Of a DNA stretch of 64,000 nt, positions 50,701 to 64,000 are shown piece by piece. Position numbers and translations under genes: made by a program. Origin of the DNA: Cyanophora paradoxa CCMP329 (taxonomy: Eukaryota; Plantae; Glaucophyta); assembly GCA_004431415.1 (NCBI GenBank), contig QPMI01000092.1, forward strand, positions 77,656 to 141,655. Direction: 5' to 3'. The notes beneath the pieces were generated by a model. The model saw only the letters and a program-made list of their open reading frames with translations. It was not told the DNA's origin and did no database searches. How positions within the stretch are numbered: the first letter of the stretch is position 1; every line of letters begins with the position of its first letter.

Positions 50701-53700
50701 AAGTCGCTTCTCCTGTCGTAATTCAGGTGCGAGTTTCACGGCTGCTCAATCGAGATTGTGAGGCCGATGGGTCCGGTGGACTCGAGCTCATTGCCGACTT
50801 CGCACACAGTCCATGCAGACAGATGGCCGCGTGAGGGCGGGTGGCCCGCTGCAATACCATGCCGTCATCCGTATACCGAGCTTTCCCCGCTCAACGGAAC
50901 CTTACAGGTGGGGCTCGTCGGCGTGCGAGGCTTCTGTTCCTGGATTCTATGCTTCCGGCTACGTCTGCCCGTGGAACATAACGTGAGCATATTTTCACGG
51001 GCTACCGCTTGAGTTTGTTATCGGTTAAGCGCGTTCGTGAATTTCTTTGAATTTCAGGTACACGACCGCGATCTACAGCTGGGCAGTCGACACGACGACG
51101 TCGCCCGTGTCCGCGATTCTCATGCGCTCGCCCGTGGTCATACGGCACGACGAGCTGCCCTTCATGTGGCAGTACATCGTCGCGAACGAGCGGCCGGGCG
51201 TTGCGGGGCAGGGCATCGGCGCGCTGGAGGGCAAGTGGGTGCAGAGCCTGCGCTACGACTACTACGTTCTCGGAGACGAAATTGTTCGTTACAGGTTCGT
51301 GATCGCCGCCGCCTGCGACTTTATTTGCGCGTTTAAATATCGATAGCACAATTTGAAGCGGCAAGCATGCATACGTCTAGCAAGCATGCATATGTCTAAG
51401 AGCCCTTGCAGCCGACCCGGTAGCTTCGAAAGCGGAATGGGCGGTGTGGAGAGCGGACGCCTCCGACTGCAGCCTGCTGGCTGGAAGCCTTCGCCAGAAG
51501 AGTGGTACAGCGTGCGCTCTTGCTTCGATTCCTCTCTGCCCTTTCTGCTCGAAGCTTGAAGCTGAATGTTAATCTGAATGAAATTGAAAATTTGCAGGTT
51601 CCCGCCGTTGTCTACAAAGACGGAATGCTCTACGTTGTCAGAGAGCGGCACACAAAAACAAATACCAAGTACGCAGTACGAAAACAATTTCAAGATTAAT
51701 TTTAATGTGCAACGGTGTTGTCAGATTTGTAATGATCGACGGACTTCGGAGCGATTCTACGCTCATCCGATCCGGAGCCAGATTTCAGAAGCTTTCCTCA
51801 AGGGCGCCGAGCTCGGAGCTCGTAAAGGTGAAAAATTGAATTAATAGAACACAAGTCTGTTCCCGAGCGCATTTTTACGGCGCTGATCGTGAACTTTCTG
51901 TATTTGTTTTGTCTACGTAGGTGTTGAACGTCGATGCCGCCGTCATGGGACCTGCGATAAGCGTAATATCGCCGTTTCCCGATGAGATTATGTGCGTTTG
52001 TGACACGTCACCCTTCACGGCGTCGACCGCAAAGTAACTGTTTTTATCTAATTTAAACCCGCAGCTCGGGATACGCCATTGAAGATTATAGGTTCTTTTC
52101 TCTCTGTTCTGGAATTTTCTTCTATCATCTAGCTTGATCCTGCGCTCTGGGCGATTTACATTTGCAGCGATGGAGTGATGATAGATACAGAAGTGACACG
52201 TCCTATGAAATTCTTCCAGTTCATCGTGTTTGTTGCTAGGAAAACGTATGCGCATGCCCTTGTGTTCATTTGTAGATGCCATGATACATGTTGATATCGA
52301 TGTTAAAATTGCGTGCGCAGGGGCTCGATCTACCGCGTCCACACTGAATGCCCATTAGGTAAGCATTAATATACTTAACCATGGATATCGATTAAGGATA
52401 AATTCGAAGCACATGGTGAAGTGAAATTGCTGTACTAATGAACAGCGCGTAGGCACCTACTTCAACAGCGAGTCCCTCTTCCGCAACGTGGCTGGAGACG
52501 ACTGCATTAGCTTGCCAGCGGGTGCCTTCTTATAGAAACAGTGGCTTCGAAATCGTGCTAGAATGCTCTTGCATAATCAAGAGTTGGTTTTAATTCGACG
52601 TGTACCGATGCAGGGCGCTACAGCAACTCGACCGGTCTTATCTCGTACAAAGAAGCGGATGAGTGCGTCTTGCATGTGCCTGCGCATAATGCGCAGCTGC
52701 GCATGCAATAGATCTAGATCTAGATCTGAGTCCCAATCCGGCATTATTAAGATTCGCGCGCATCCGGCAGGTGTCCTCCAGGACAGTACTCGATTGCCGG
52801 CAGCACGAAGTGCCTCCTCTGTGCAGCGGGCACTTACTCAGAGAGAGGCGCATCGAGCTGCTATGACTGGTAGGACGCTGATGCCGCCTACGCTCTATAT
52901 ATGTGACATTCTTTCTTCTTACAGCGTTTTAGCCCGCAGAATACATACTCGCTTGAAGACGGCGCGGCGTGCTCGCCATGCGCAGCGAACGCATTCACGC
53001 AGACCACAAAATGGACGACGCAGTGTCTTGTGTGCGGGTATGCAATGCTACACAAATATAACGCCCCATCGAAATCGCCCATTTTATTTCCTTGCAGCCC
53101 AGGGACGTACCTTCCGTACACGGGCGCATCGATCTGCACACCATGCGCCCCGATGACCTACTCGAGCGGCGGTGCGTGCTGGGCGTCGAAACGTCGTGGA
53201 ATGCTGCCAGCTGACGTTCGAATGCAATATCTCATGATCAGGGGCGCTACAGAAATGCAACGAATGTGCGCGCTATAGCTGGTTGCCTTCTGCTCGATCT
53301 ATAGCTATTATGCAACTGTACTATCCGGATCCTTCTAAGCTTTCCGCTCTTGCAGGCCAGCAGGGATACGTGCCATCGGCAGATCTCTCCCGCTGTGAGC
53401 CGTGCCCGAAGGGTCAGTATCAGCCAGGAAACAAAACGGCATGCATCGCCTGCCCAGAGCTGCACTACACCGCACAAGCGGGCACATTCGGATCTTGCAC
53501 GAGATGCCCCGACGGGAAGCTTGCGACGAAGGAGCAGGACGGGTGTCAGTACTGCAAGGCTGGCTCCCAGCTGCCCATCAACGCGACAGAATGCGAGCTT
53601 TGTCCTCAAGGCAAGTTCACCGCATCTCCAATGTTGTGAGACGCATACGCGTCCAGATACCGAGCCTGTGCCCAGGGTACTACTCGCCGGATGGCGGGGC

Positions 53701-56700
53701 GTGCAGGAAATGCCCGAGCGGCAGCGTATCATCGGCCTCGAGGACCGAATGCAGACCGTGCTCGGCCGGATACTACGCAAATGAAGCTGGCGAGTGTATT
53801 GCGTGCGGACTCAACACTATTTCTCCGGCGGAAGGACGCTCGAACTGTACCGCATGCGAGGCGGGATACGTCGCCGCAGCCGACTCGCAGACGTGCACGC
53901 CATGCGCTGCAGGTTCGAGAATCGCACCGATATCCCGCTGCTGCGCGTGTAGACCCCACGCGCCGCGCTGACGCCCTGGGCGCAGGGTCGTACCGGTCGG
54001 CGAGCATGGCGGCGTGCCTGCCGGTGCCGGAGAAGGCGGTGGCGCTGACCGGGTCGGCGAACTACACGACGTGTTTGGCGGGCCACGTGCCGAACGGGGC
54101 GAGGTCCGAATGCGTTGCCTGCGCTGCAGGTGCACCGGTTGCAATGGCGGGAGGCCCCACGGCGTCGCGCGGGCTCCTCGGCGGCAGCTGACGCGTTTGA
54201 TTCGTCGCAGGGACATACGACAAGGCGGGGGTCTGCGAGAGGTGTCCGCTGAATTCGATCGCGCCGACGGCGGGATCTGCAACCTGCACGGCGTGCCAGG
54301 CGGGCTACTCAGCAGCAGACGACGCGCAATCATGCCAGCCGTGCATGGCGGGTGCGCCGCGAGAGCCCTTAAGCTTGCAAGGGCGCCCGTAGCGGCTACG
54401 CCCGGCCCGCCGTCCGCGGGTGTTGACGGCGCCAGCGCAGGCACGTACCGGTCTGCCGGCATGCTGGCGTGCATGGCAGTGCCCGCGCGGTCGGTGGCGC
54501 AGACGGCTGCAACGAACTACACGATGTGTGCGCCAGGCAGCGTCCCGAACGACGCCCGCAGCGAGTGCGCCGCCGCGGCCTGCAGCTGTTTCGAATTCAT
54601 CGACATCACGATTCGCACACGCACTAATTTACGGTCGCCTGCGCGACTACAGGTGCGTTGCATGCCGAAAGGGGACCCGAGAGGCCGATGGCGTGTGCGA
54701 GAGGTGCGCAATTTAAACCGATAAATCGATGAGATCGGGATTTGTCGAGCTTTAATGGCTTTCGTGTGGCCTGCCCGAACTGCGCATCGCGAGCCCGAGG
54801 GCTGATGTTTATCGGCGGTCGCAGGTGCCCGCTGAACACGGTGACATCGCTGGACGGCCAGCGGGACTGCACCGCATGCGAGGCGGGATACGTCGCCGCT
54901 GCCGACTCGCAGACGTGCACGCCATGCGCTACAGGTTCGGGATCTCTAGATCTTGAGCACACCCTCATCACGCCGCTGCACGTGTAGACACTACGCGCCG
55001 CGCTGACGCTCTGGGCGCAGGGTCGTACCGGTCGGCAAGCATGGCGGCGTGCCTGCCGGTGCCGGAGAAGGCGGTGGCGCTGGCCGGGTCGGCGAACTAC
55101 ACGACGTGTTTGGCGGGCCACGTGCCGAACGGGGCGAGGTCCGAATGCGTCGCCTGCGCTGCAGGTGCGCTGGTTGTAATGGGGGAACGCGCCGATGTAT
55201 CGCGCGAGCTCCTCGGTGGCAGCTGACGCGTTTGGGTGGGCGCAGGGACATACGACAAGGCGGGGGTCTGCGAGAGGTGTCCCCTGAATTCGATCGCGCC
55301 GACGGCGGGATCCGCAACCTGCACGGCGTGTCAGGCGGGCTACGCAGCGGCAGACGACGCGCAATCATGCCAGCCGTGCATGGCAGGTGCGCCGCGAGAG
55401 CCCTTAAGCTTGCAAGGGCGCCCGTAGCTGGTCCGCCCGGCCCGCCGTCCGCGGGTGCTGACGGCGCCAGCGCAGGCACGTACCGGTCTGCCGGCATGCT
55501 GGCGTGCACGGCAGTGCCCGCGCGGTCGGTGGCGCAGACGGCCGCAACAAACTACACGATGTGTGCGCCAGGCAGCGTCCCGAACGACGCCCGCAGCGAG
55601 TGCGTCGCGGCAGCCTGCAGCTGTTTCGAATTCGTCGACATCGCGATTTGCAATCGTAATAATTCACGGTCGCCTGCGCGACTACAGGTGCGTTGCATGC
55701 CGCAAGGGGACCCGAGAGGCCGATGGCGTGTGCGAGAGGTGCGCAAATCAAACCGAGAAATCGATGAGATTGGGATAGATGTCGTGCTTGAACTTCTTTA
55801 GCAGGGCCTGCCCGGGCTGCGCATCGCAAGCCCGAGGGCTGATAAACGTCGGCGACCGCAGGTGCCCGTTGAACACGGTGACATCGCTGGACGGGCAGCG
55901 GGACTGCACCGCATGCGAGGCGGGCTACGTCGCCGCAGCCGACTCGCAGACGTGCACGCCATGCGCTGCAGGTTCGAGAATCGCACCGATATCCCGCTGC
56001 TGCGCGTGTAGACACTACGCGCCGCGCTGACGCTCTGGGCGCAGGGTCGTACCGGTCGGCGAGCATGGCGGCGTGCCTGCCGGTGCCGGAGAAGGCGGTG
56101 GCGCTGACCGGGTCGGCGAACTACACGACGTGTTTGGCGGGCCACGTGCCGAACGGGGCGAGGTCCGAATGCGTTGCTTGCGCTGCAGGTGCGCCGGTTG
56201 CGATGGCGGGAGACCCCCAAGCATCGCGCGAGCTCCTCGACGGCGCCTCACGTGTTCGATTCGGCGCAGGGACATACGACAAGGCGGGGGTCTGCGAGAG
56301 GTGTCCGTTGAACTCGATCGCGCCTTTTGAAGGATCGGCAAGCTGTGCGATTTGTCCAGCTGGCTCGATCGCTGCTCCCGACTCCCAGAATTGCATTCCC
56401 TGCCCCGCTGGTGAAACCGTCGTCGGTGCAAGCGTTGTTTGAGTGAAGAGTGATTAATGCTCCTGCAGGCTTCTATGAGTTCAACGCTTCATGTCTACGG
56501 TACGTCTGAACAGTACTCTGGGTTCTTTTTTCTCATTTGACGGTCGAGAAATGCAACCAGCTGCCCGCTTAACACCGTGTCGGCGACTCCCGGTTCGACA
56601 ACCTGCTTCGCATGCAATGCTGGCCTCGTGGCGGCTGCTGACAGCCAGTCGTGTATCCGTGCGTCCTCTATGCCCCCAATGCGGTTCGAAGTTTTAATTG

Positions 56701-59700
56701 ATAGCGCAATCCTCAGCTTGCCCCGATGGTTTCTACCGCAACGATGCGATGCCTGCATGCCAGACCGTGCCGCTCGGCGCCGTCGCCATAAGCGGCTCCG
56801 ACAGCTTTGCTAGCTGCCCCCGCGGAACGTGCGCCCAAGGTTCTCTTCGTTCGCCATGAACTAACGCCTGACGAAATGTGCAGAATTGCAAACGTGGAGC
56901 GCACCAGCTGCCGCCCCTGCGGAAAGGTCCTCGAACACGATCCGAGCCGCCTTGCTTGGCCATAAGAAACCATTTTCAAGGCTTAAGCTTATCGTTTCAT
57001 GTGGCAGGGTTTCTTTGAGGATAATCAAGAGTGCCGCCCGTGCACGGGAAACACGTACACGGCGTCGGAGACCTCTACCGCCTGCGATGCCTGTGCGCTT
57101 GCTTTTGTAACGTTAAACATGAAACCTTTCGATTTCCGTTCGAATATTAATATCGGATCGCACACACCGCTCTGAAATTGCAGGTCCCGCCGGATACGTG
57201 GCTTCCGCCGACCACGAAAGCTGCCAGCCGTGCGATGCATCTCGTTTTCCTTGCATGCGCCATTGCCGAATTACCGTATTCACATACACATCCCCACTGT
57301 CTCGCAGGTGCCTGGCGGGCGAGTTCCGTGCAGGCAAGGACAGCATGTGCCGGCAATGTCCCTTCGGCACATACAGCACCGGCGCTGCTGCCAATTGCAC
57401 CGCTTGCCCACGCGGTGCCGTCAGCACAGCGGACCGCACTTTCTGCGAACCATGCCGTCCAGGTATGAATAAATGCGATCATCGCTCTGAAACCGTTTCC
57501 GACGTTCGTGCTCAACAGGCTTCTTTGAATCGAACGGCGTTTGCGTCGAGTGAGTGTCCATGTTCATGTTCTTTTGCGAGAGCTCTTAATGCAAGTGCTC
57601 GTGTGTATTTACGCAATGTGCAATTGCGATGGCGCAGGTGCCCGCTCAACACAGTCGCACCGGCGGCCTCCTCTGTCTCCTGCCGCCCTTGCGGAGCTGG
57701 CTCGCGCGCCTCTCCCGATCGCCAGTCGTGTCCGGCCTGCCCTGCAGGCACCGTCGAGCGCGGTGGAGAATGCGAACAGTGTCCGATAGGATACTGGAGC
57801 CCGCAAGGGGCGAGTGGAGCCTGCGTGCGCTGTCCGCACGGTCAAACGAGCAACGAGGACCGCACGGGATGCGTCAACTGCCCTATCGGCATGTATGAAA
57901 ACAGCACTTTCTGCATCCCATGTACTCCCCCGTTGTGAATTACCAGGTGAAGGCTTCATAATGACTTGCGACAGGTCCTCTTGGCTTCGTTTCGGTACCA
58001 GGAGGGGCCTGCATCAAATGCGATGAGGTATTCTTTCAATTGACGTCGACGTACGCCGCACGCTCATCGATCAACTTGACAATCGCGGTCGATTTCGGCC
58101 CTCGCAGGGTTCAATATCTAACGAAGACCGCACTCGCTGCCTCGCGTGCCCTGCGGGCTTCTATCAGCCTTCGGATCAGAATATTTGCCTCCCGTGCGAA
58201 AAGGTGCTGCGTGTCCGCAATCTCACTATCCATTTACAAGGCCTTGTTAACGCTTTTAGACCCGCAAATTTAAGCCGTGTACGGTGATACAAAAATCGAA
58301 AACGAGAATGAAACGATAGGAATACCTATAAAATCATAATATTAATTACTTACAATAAGCAGATAGTTTCATTCTTTTAATGGTTCCTTTTGTTGGCCTT
58401 CCAGGGTCTCTACGCTCCCGCCAAAACATACGGCGCGTGCCGGAAGTGCGAGCAAGGGTCTTATGCGAGCCCGGACTCGTGAGTAATGTTTTGCGTCGCG
58501 ATTTGATGGCGACATGCTCACACGATTCACTCATATGTATTTCCGTCGGCAGCGCGCGCTGCATCCTGTAAGTGCTCGGCTCCTTATGGCGGTTGCTGCT
58601 TTTTCTCTGCAGCTGATTCACTCGCGCCTTTCGCTGGCCATTCCTTGGATTTACAGATGCGACAGCGGTGCGGGGCTTTCTTGCTTGAGTCGTCTTTTAT
58701 TTGCCATGCATGTATCTGCCCGCCTGATCAAGAGCGAACCCGCATGCGCAGGGACCCATATGCCTAATGACAGCAGCATATGCGTACCAGTGCGCATTCC
58801 GCGATGGTTCTCCGCACCACAAGAATTTATATTGATTTTTGCGTCCTCAGTGCACAGGAGACACCTTTGCTGATCAACCCGGATCGTCCTCATGCCGCCC
58901 GTGTGCGGCGGGCTACGCCGGTGCTTTCGACGGACGCTCATGCTTCCCTTGCCGGCCCGTGCGCAAAATTTAATATATTATAATAGTTACCCGGCATTCT
59001 AACTTTTAAGCTCTTTTTGCAGGGCCAGTACCGCAACGCGACGATGACAGGTTGCACAGCGTGTCCGGCGGTGCGGTTGCTTTCTCGCGGCCTCGCTCGC
59101 GCGTGCACTTAGATTAATTAGCTTGTGGTGCTGATCATGATCTATTATTGAATTTCGAATAGGGCGAGGTCTCGAGCGACGATGGCGCCGCGCAATGCAC
59201 GGCCTGGTGCGTGCTTCGCCACGGTTCTGGCATCTATAATGCATATGCATGTGTTTATGTGATTCGCGACTGTAACCGCGCAGCGAGCCAGGCACGGTCG
59301 CGAGGGAAGATCGCATCACGTGCCTCCGTGTGTCTCCCTCGCGCTCTCCTCGCTCGCTGATTGAGGCATCGACCCTTGCCTTTCACTCCCCCACCCAACC
59401 CGTCGTCTGCAGCATGCCCGGCCGGCCGCGTGCCCGTGAACGGCATTTGTACACTCTGCCCGCCAAAACACATCGCAAAGGACGCTGGTGCGCTGCCTAG
59501 CTTGCGCTTGGTCTAGGCCAAGGCTGTCCTAGTCCAACATTTCTCGATTCTCATTTCATTTGTAGGACTTCACTCGTGTGAGGCGTGCCCTGCCGGGCAC
59601 GTGGCGGACGACGCCCGCGTCCGTTGCGTGGCCTGCCCGGCGTCGACACACCTCCCCGCCGGCTCGGAAGTCTGCCTTCGCTGCCCGCTGAACCAGTTCT

Positions 59701-62700
59701 CGGCCGCCGCCGCCGTCTCCTGCTCTCCTTGTCCCGCCGGCCAAGTCTCGAACGACGAACGAACGGATTGCGTCCCCTGCACTGTGCGCATTTCGAGTTA
59801 ATTATAATATACGTCTCTATCATTTTAAGCTTTGGTGTCGAGTTTCAAAGCTCAACGCATCGATATCGCAGCCCGGAACGTTCCGAGACGAGAGCAGCGC
59901 TGAATGTTTGGCATGGTTCGTCGGGCTCCAAGAGGCCGAGGCGAGTCCTGGATAGAATCTGACACGCGTTTGTGCGCCGTGCACGTGCAGCCCCTTTGGA
60001 ACGTACGCGCGCGAGGCGGGGAGCACGGTTTGCACGAACTGCTCCGCGAGCCAGCTGTGCCCCGTCGCTTCTAGCGAGCCTCTCGAGCTCGGCTTTGTCG
60101 ACGTCTCCGGCGGCGCCGCCGCCGCCCGCGCCGGGACATCGCGCCAGCTCCTCAGTGAGGACCGATCGCGAGCGAGGAAAAAGCGGCGGCGACAGCTGGA
60201 AGACGACGACGACATCGAATACGAATACACGACCGACAGTTTCGCGCTTGGGACAACCACGGGCAACATCACCTCGCCCGTGCGCCCTCCTTATGATCGT
60301 CCGTCTATATATATAAACTATAAAATGACGTATACATGCGCATGCAGGTGGTTCGCACGGAGAAAGAAATTTTCGACCGCCTGTACCACCTGTTCGCGTT
60401 GTTGGGGGCGGGCCTCGCCGGGTTCCTCCTCCTCGCCCTCCTGGCCGTGTTCTCCTACCTGCGCCTCGTTCCGGCGCCCGACACCGCAACTCTGGCTGCG
60501 CGATACGCCCGCGTCAAGGCGAGCATTCCTCAATCGTCTTCGATTCGAATGCTGAACACTTCGAGCAGAGGTTGCATCTGATGTACCGAGGTCCTAGCGA
60601 TCCGCAGCCCGCTCACGCGACGTCTTCTGGCGACGCTTTGGCCGGCGTCGGCGAGGGCGAGGCCGATTTTCGCAAGGCGGACAGCAAGGGACGCACGGTT
60701 TCCGGGGCGTACTTCACGCTTCTCGGGCTGGCTCTCACCGCAATCGCTGGTGAGAACGCCAGTTTGAATTCCCTGCACTCCGCCAGATCTCGAATGCTCC
60801 GACCTCATGCCTGCATGCGCACCGTGCAAATGGCCAGTCTCGTTCGTTGCGGCACAGTTCTTCACAGCAAACTATCAGGTGTGCATGCACAGCAGATGGC
60901 AACTATTTACTCGTTTACTGACGACGCGTGCGCGCTCGCGTGGCCGCGCAGATCGTACAATCGCTCAACCCGGGGTCCTCCCCCTCCGTCGGCTCGATCT
61001 CGGGCGCCTTCGCCGTGTCTGCGACCATGCGCGGCTACTCCGGCCTCTGCGCTCCCGCCAGGTGCGCTTCGAATTCCCGAATTTCGAACCGATTGTGCAG
61101 TCTCGTCAACTGCAGTCGGATATCGATCCATTTATACTATATATATACCACCGCGGCTGGGCGCTCACACCGATACCCGCGGCCATTCGCACGTGCACGC
61201 TGTGACAGCGATGGGATTTCGGGCGTTGCCTTCGTCGCGCGCGGCTTCTCCTCTTCCGGCACCCTTGCGACTGCCGCCACCGACGGCGGCCGCTCCTGCA
61301 AGTGCGCCGCTGCCAAATCTAGCTTATAAAATCTTATCAGTCTTATAATCTTATACAAAAATCTTAAGCTTGTAAGACGCTGCCTGATCATGTTTTCAAT
61401 TAAACGCGCAGCGCGACGTGGTCCTGCAGGGGCTGCCGCATCACGTCGTCTTCGGAGGCGGGCGTCAACTTCCGATTTCGGTCCCGCCTCGCCTTCGCCG
61501 TCTCCGTCGCCTACGCCGTCGCTGTGCGTTGAGCCGCTGAGCCTCGGAGCCGCCGCCGGGCGTTCTGTAAAGTCCAGGCAGTGTTATTAGAATCGAAAAT
61601 CGTGATATATCGGCCTTGATAGATTCCGCAACCTCCTTTAATTAAGATGGAGCGTGACGCACACGCGCGCGCAGCTGCCCGAGGGAGTCTCTGCGTCCGG
61701 GACCATCGCGACATCCGTCGGCGACGTCGTCTTTCGCGGCACGGAGCCCGTCACGCTCCCCGTCGAACTCACCCGTGCGCTCCACTCGTAACTCGCCGAG
61801 TCGGCTAGCGCGGATTAAAATTAAACGTTAAACGATTGCGTCGAGCTCACCACCGGCCCGGCGCCGCGCGCGTCCCGACAGCGACGCACTTCTCGTCCGA
61901 CTCGGACGGTCGCCCGCGCTACCTCGCCGCCGTCACCGCCGCCGACGCGCGCGTCGCCCAGCGCGATGCCGCCTCCTTCGTGCGCCTCCCCGTCCTTCGC
62001 CATCGTTCGTTGGCCATGGCAAGATCGCGCGGATCCGCATCCGCAGTCCGTGTGCCCGCCGGGTCGTGACCTCTCTCTGTGCCCCGACGAAGAGGTCCTT
62101 CCCCCTTTCCTTCGCTCCGCGACGCTGTATCCACTGGCTATAGCCTGCTGACCGTCGGACGTTTTCGGGATCGATCGAAGGTTGGATTTTCCGCGGCGTT
62201 TCGCCTCGTGTCGGTGTACCTGCTCGTGGACCGCAAAATACGATCCACGCCTCTGGACGCCCTCGCCAACGTGGCCTCTCTCGCCTCGTGCGCGCGTCCG
62301 CTTAAAGCAAGAACGGCTGTGAACATAGCCGAGAGTGACCGGTCTAGACCTTCGAATTCGGACCGGAGGGGGCCGGGTTGACCCAGGCCCACCTGCGCAG
62401 CGCGGCGCTGGGCTTCGGCGGACAGCTGCTCCTTGCGTGGCTCGTCGCGAAGAAATTTGCCAAGGCGCGAAACTATACACCTCTTTCCAACGTTTTTGAG
62501 TTTTTGACCTCAGCTAATTATAATATCAACGTGCTGAGCAGGCAAAGATTATTCAGAAAGCGGACGCAAAGGCGAAAATGCCGAAGAAATCTTTTGCGAG
62601 GACGCGAGGGCGGGAAGATGAAAGGTCGGACGAGGCGCCGGCGGCGATAGAAAAGGGCAAGCCGACCGCTTCGAAGCCTTCGACGACGGCGAGTAGTACG

Positions 62701-63108
62701 CTGGAGCCAGCGGGGAAAAGAAGGAAAGAGGAAGTCGTATCCCCCAAGCTGAAGGGGAAGACCCCAGTGCCGTCGCCGTCGTCGACGTCGCCCGCCGCAG
62801 TCTCTCGAGTGGCGCTGGCCGAGTTCGAGCTCGAGCTCGCCCCCGAACGCCTCCGCCGGCTTCCCGCCCCCCTCGTCCCCCCTTCGTCTTCCTCGGGCTC
62901 CGGATCCTCCAACATTAACGCGCCCGGATCCGCCGGCAAGGGCGCCCCCCGTCCTGGGACGCCTCGGGCCATGGCTTCGTATGCCGCGAACTCGGAGCCT
63001 GGCGCGAACGGACCTCCACTTTCATTGCAAAGTGTGCCGATCGTGGCCGGCTCTGGGAACGGCGGCGGCGCGGCGGCCGACCACCTCTGGTCAATCAGCC
63101 ATCTGTAG
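47800..63108 (+). CDS. Host multi-exon gene: large membrane protein with many Cys-rich (GCC2/GCC3, ephrin-receptor-like CxxCPxG) repeats, several TM segments and Ser/Pro-rich tail; exon structure and start only approximate, may be more than one gene
   Basis: Signal-like RIFFIVFVCLAAC near 47820; dozens of short gtgcg...gcag introns; CEPCPKGQY/CRQCPFGTYS-type repeats at 53-60 kb; TM segments LFALLGAGLAGFLLLALLAVFSYL, YFTLLGLALTAIA, LGFGGQLLLAWLV; last exon 62542-63108. Confidence 0.65.
53846..56322 (+). repeat. Intragenic tandem duplication (~1.03-kb unit, ~2.4 copies) including introns
   Basis: tg[tc]accgcatgcgaggcggg.tacgtcgccgc recurs at ~53846, ~54867 and ~55905; exons nearly identical, introns more diverged. 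Confidence 0.88.
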
Positions 63109-63630
63109 GAAAAATATTTTCTACCACTACCTCTCTCTCTTCGAGCTCTCTTCCAGTCAGATTCACTCCGGGCCATGCGCCACTATAGATCGCTTTCAGA
63201 TCAGAGACCATGCTATAGTTTCATTCAGTACTTTCGTCACCTTGATAAAATGACGTAGACCTTTTGGTTTTAAGCTTCTCGCAGCACAGATCTCTGCATG
63301 TACGGTAGGTACAATATTAATAATTATAATGAACTAGATATCTAGACCGCTGAGACTGCCAGCACAGCTAGGTTTTTGGTGAATTACCGCTAAGAATGCC
63401 AGCACTAGTCCGCTGAGACCCCTACTATAGCTGCTAGCCTAGTAGGCTAGCCTAGTAGCCTATAGCTATTAGAACCCATTGCTATCTTACACGACAGTAC
63501 TAGTATCTATAGCTCGCTTTTTCTGATCTATGTATGCTACCAGATCTTAGAATAATAGACCGTCGCACATTAGCTCGCTCTCCAGATCTGCTCTGCGCAC
63601 GGGAGGCCAGTTATTATATAATTAATATTA

Positions 63631-63650
63631 GGGGGGGGGGGGGGGGGGGG
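63631..63650 (+). repeat. Poly-G tract (20 nt)
   Basis: Seen directly, next to an AT-rich stretch. Confidence 0.85.
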
Positions 63651-64000
63651 CCTATGTACGGAGAGGCGGCGGTGCCTGCCGGTTGACCACCGACGCGGGC
63701 TGGTAGTGCGCCCGGGGATACGAGACGGTAGGGCAGGGGGTACAGCTGCGCCCCGGAGGGATGCGCGCCCGGGAGAGAGTCGCATTGGTATCGATATATA
63801 TCGCCGGCGAGGCCGCTGGTGGAGTGGAGCGCACGTTCGAATCCGGCACTGGCATCCAGAGCCTGCAGCTGAGGGATAGCGTGAGCAGTGGGGGCCAAGT
63901 GGGTAAGCCGCCCGCCGCCGCCGCCGCGCCGGCCGCTCCGGGATCCCCCGCCTTCTCCATGGCCATGGCCAGCTGCCCCGCCCTGCGGGCGAGGGGCGAG

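Noticed and set aside
47492-63966. Numerous short overlapping ORFs on both strands
   Set aside because: Mostly shadows or intron read-through of the multi-exon plus-strand gene in GC-rich DNA.

Overview
Eukaryotic (probably protist) genomic DNA dominated by nested mobile elements. (1) 14937-40311 is a complete 25,375-bp endogenous Polinton/Maverick-like dsDNA virus. It has TG...CA ends, 315/330-bp terminal inverted repeats and a perfect 6-bp target-site duplication (ATCGTA). It encodes protein-primed PolB, an rve integrase, a packaging ATPase, a double-jelly-roll major capsid protein, two penton-like proteins, a patatin lipase, a 1940-aa fibre with an S74 chaperone domain and an HNH-AP2 protein. 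Unusually, it also carries two spliced, divergently transcribed genes inside the TIRs: a divergent histone H3 (1 intron) and a CRESS-virus Rep-like protein with an eroded HUH nuclease and intact SF3 helicase (2 introns). (2) 1-7468 is a near-identical truncated second copy of the same virus. (3) The complete virus sits inside a GC-rich element (7469-14930 + 40318-~45600) whose minus-strand ORF fragments appear to form one very long Gag/zinc-knuckle-led reading frame with no visible reverse transcriptase. (4) A ~140-bp GC-rich minisatellite follows (45.6-47.1 kb). (5) A many-exon host gene for a Cys-rich-repeat membrane protein spans ~47.8-63.1 kb. Single-base indels in G/C runs in the multi-copy regions look like sequencing/polishing errors. 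All assignments come from reading motifs by eye; no database searches were run.
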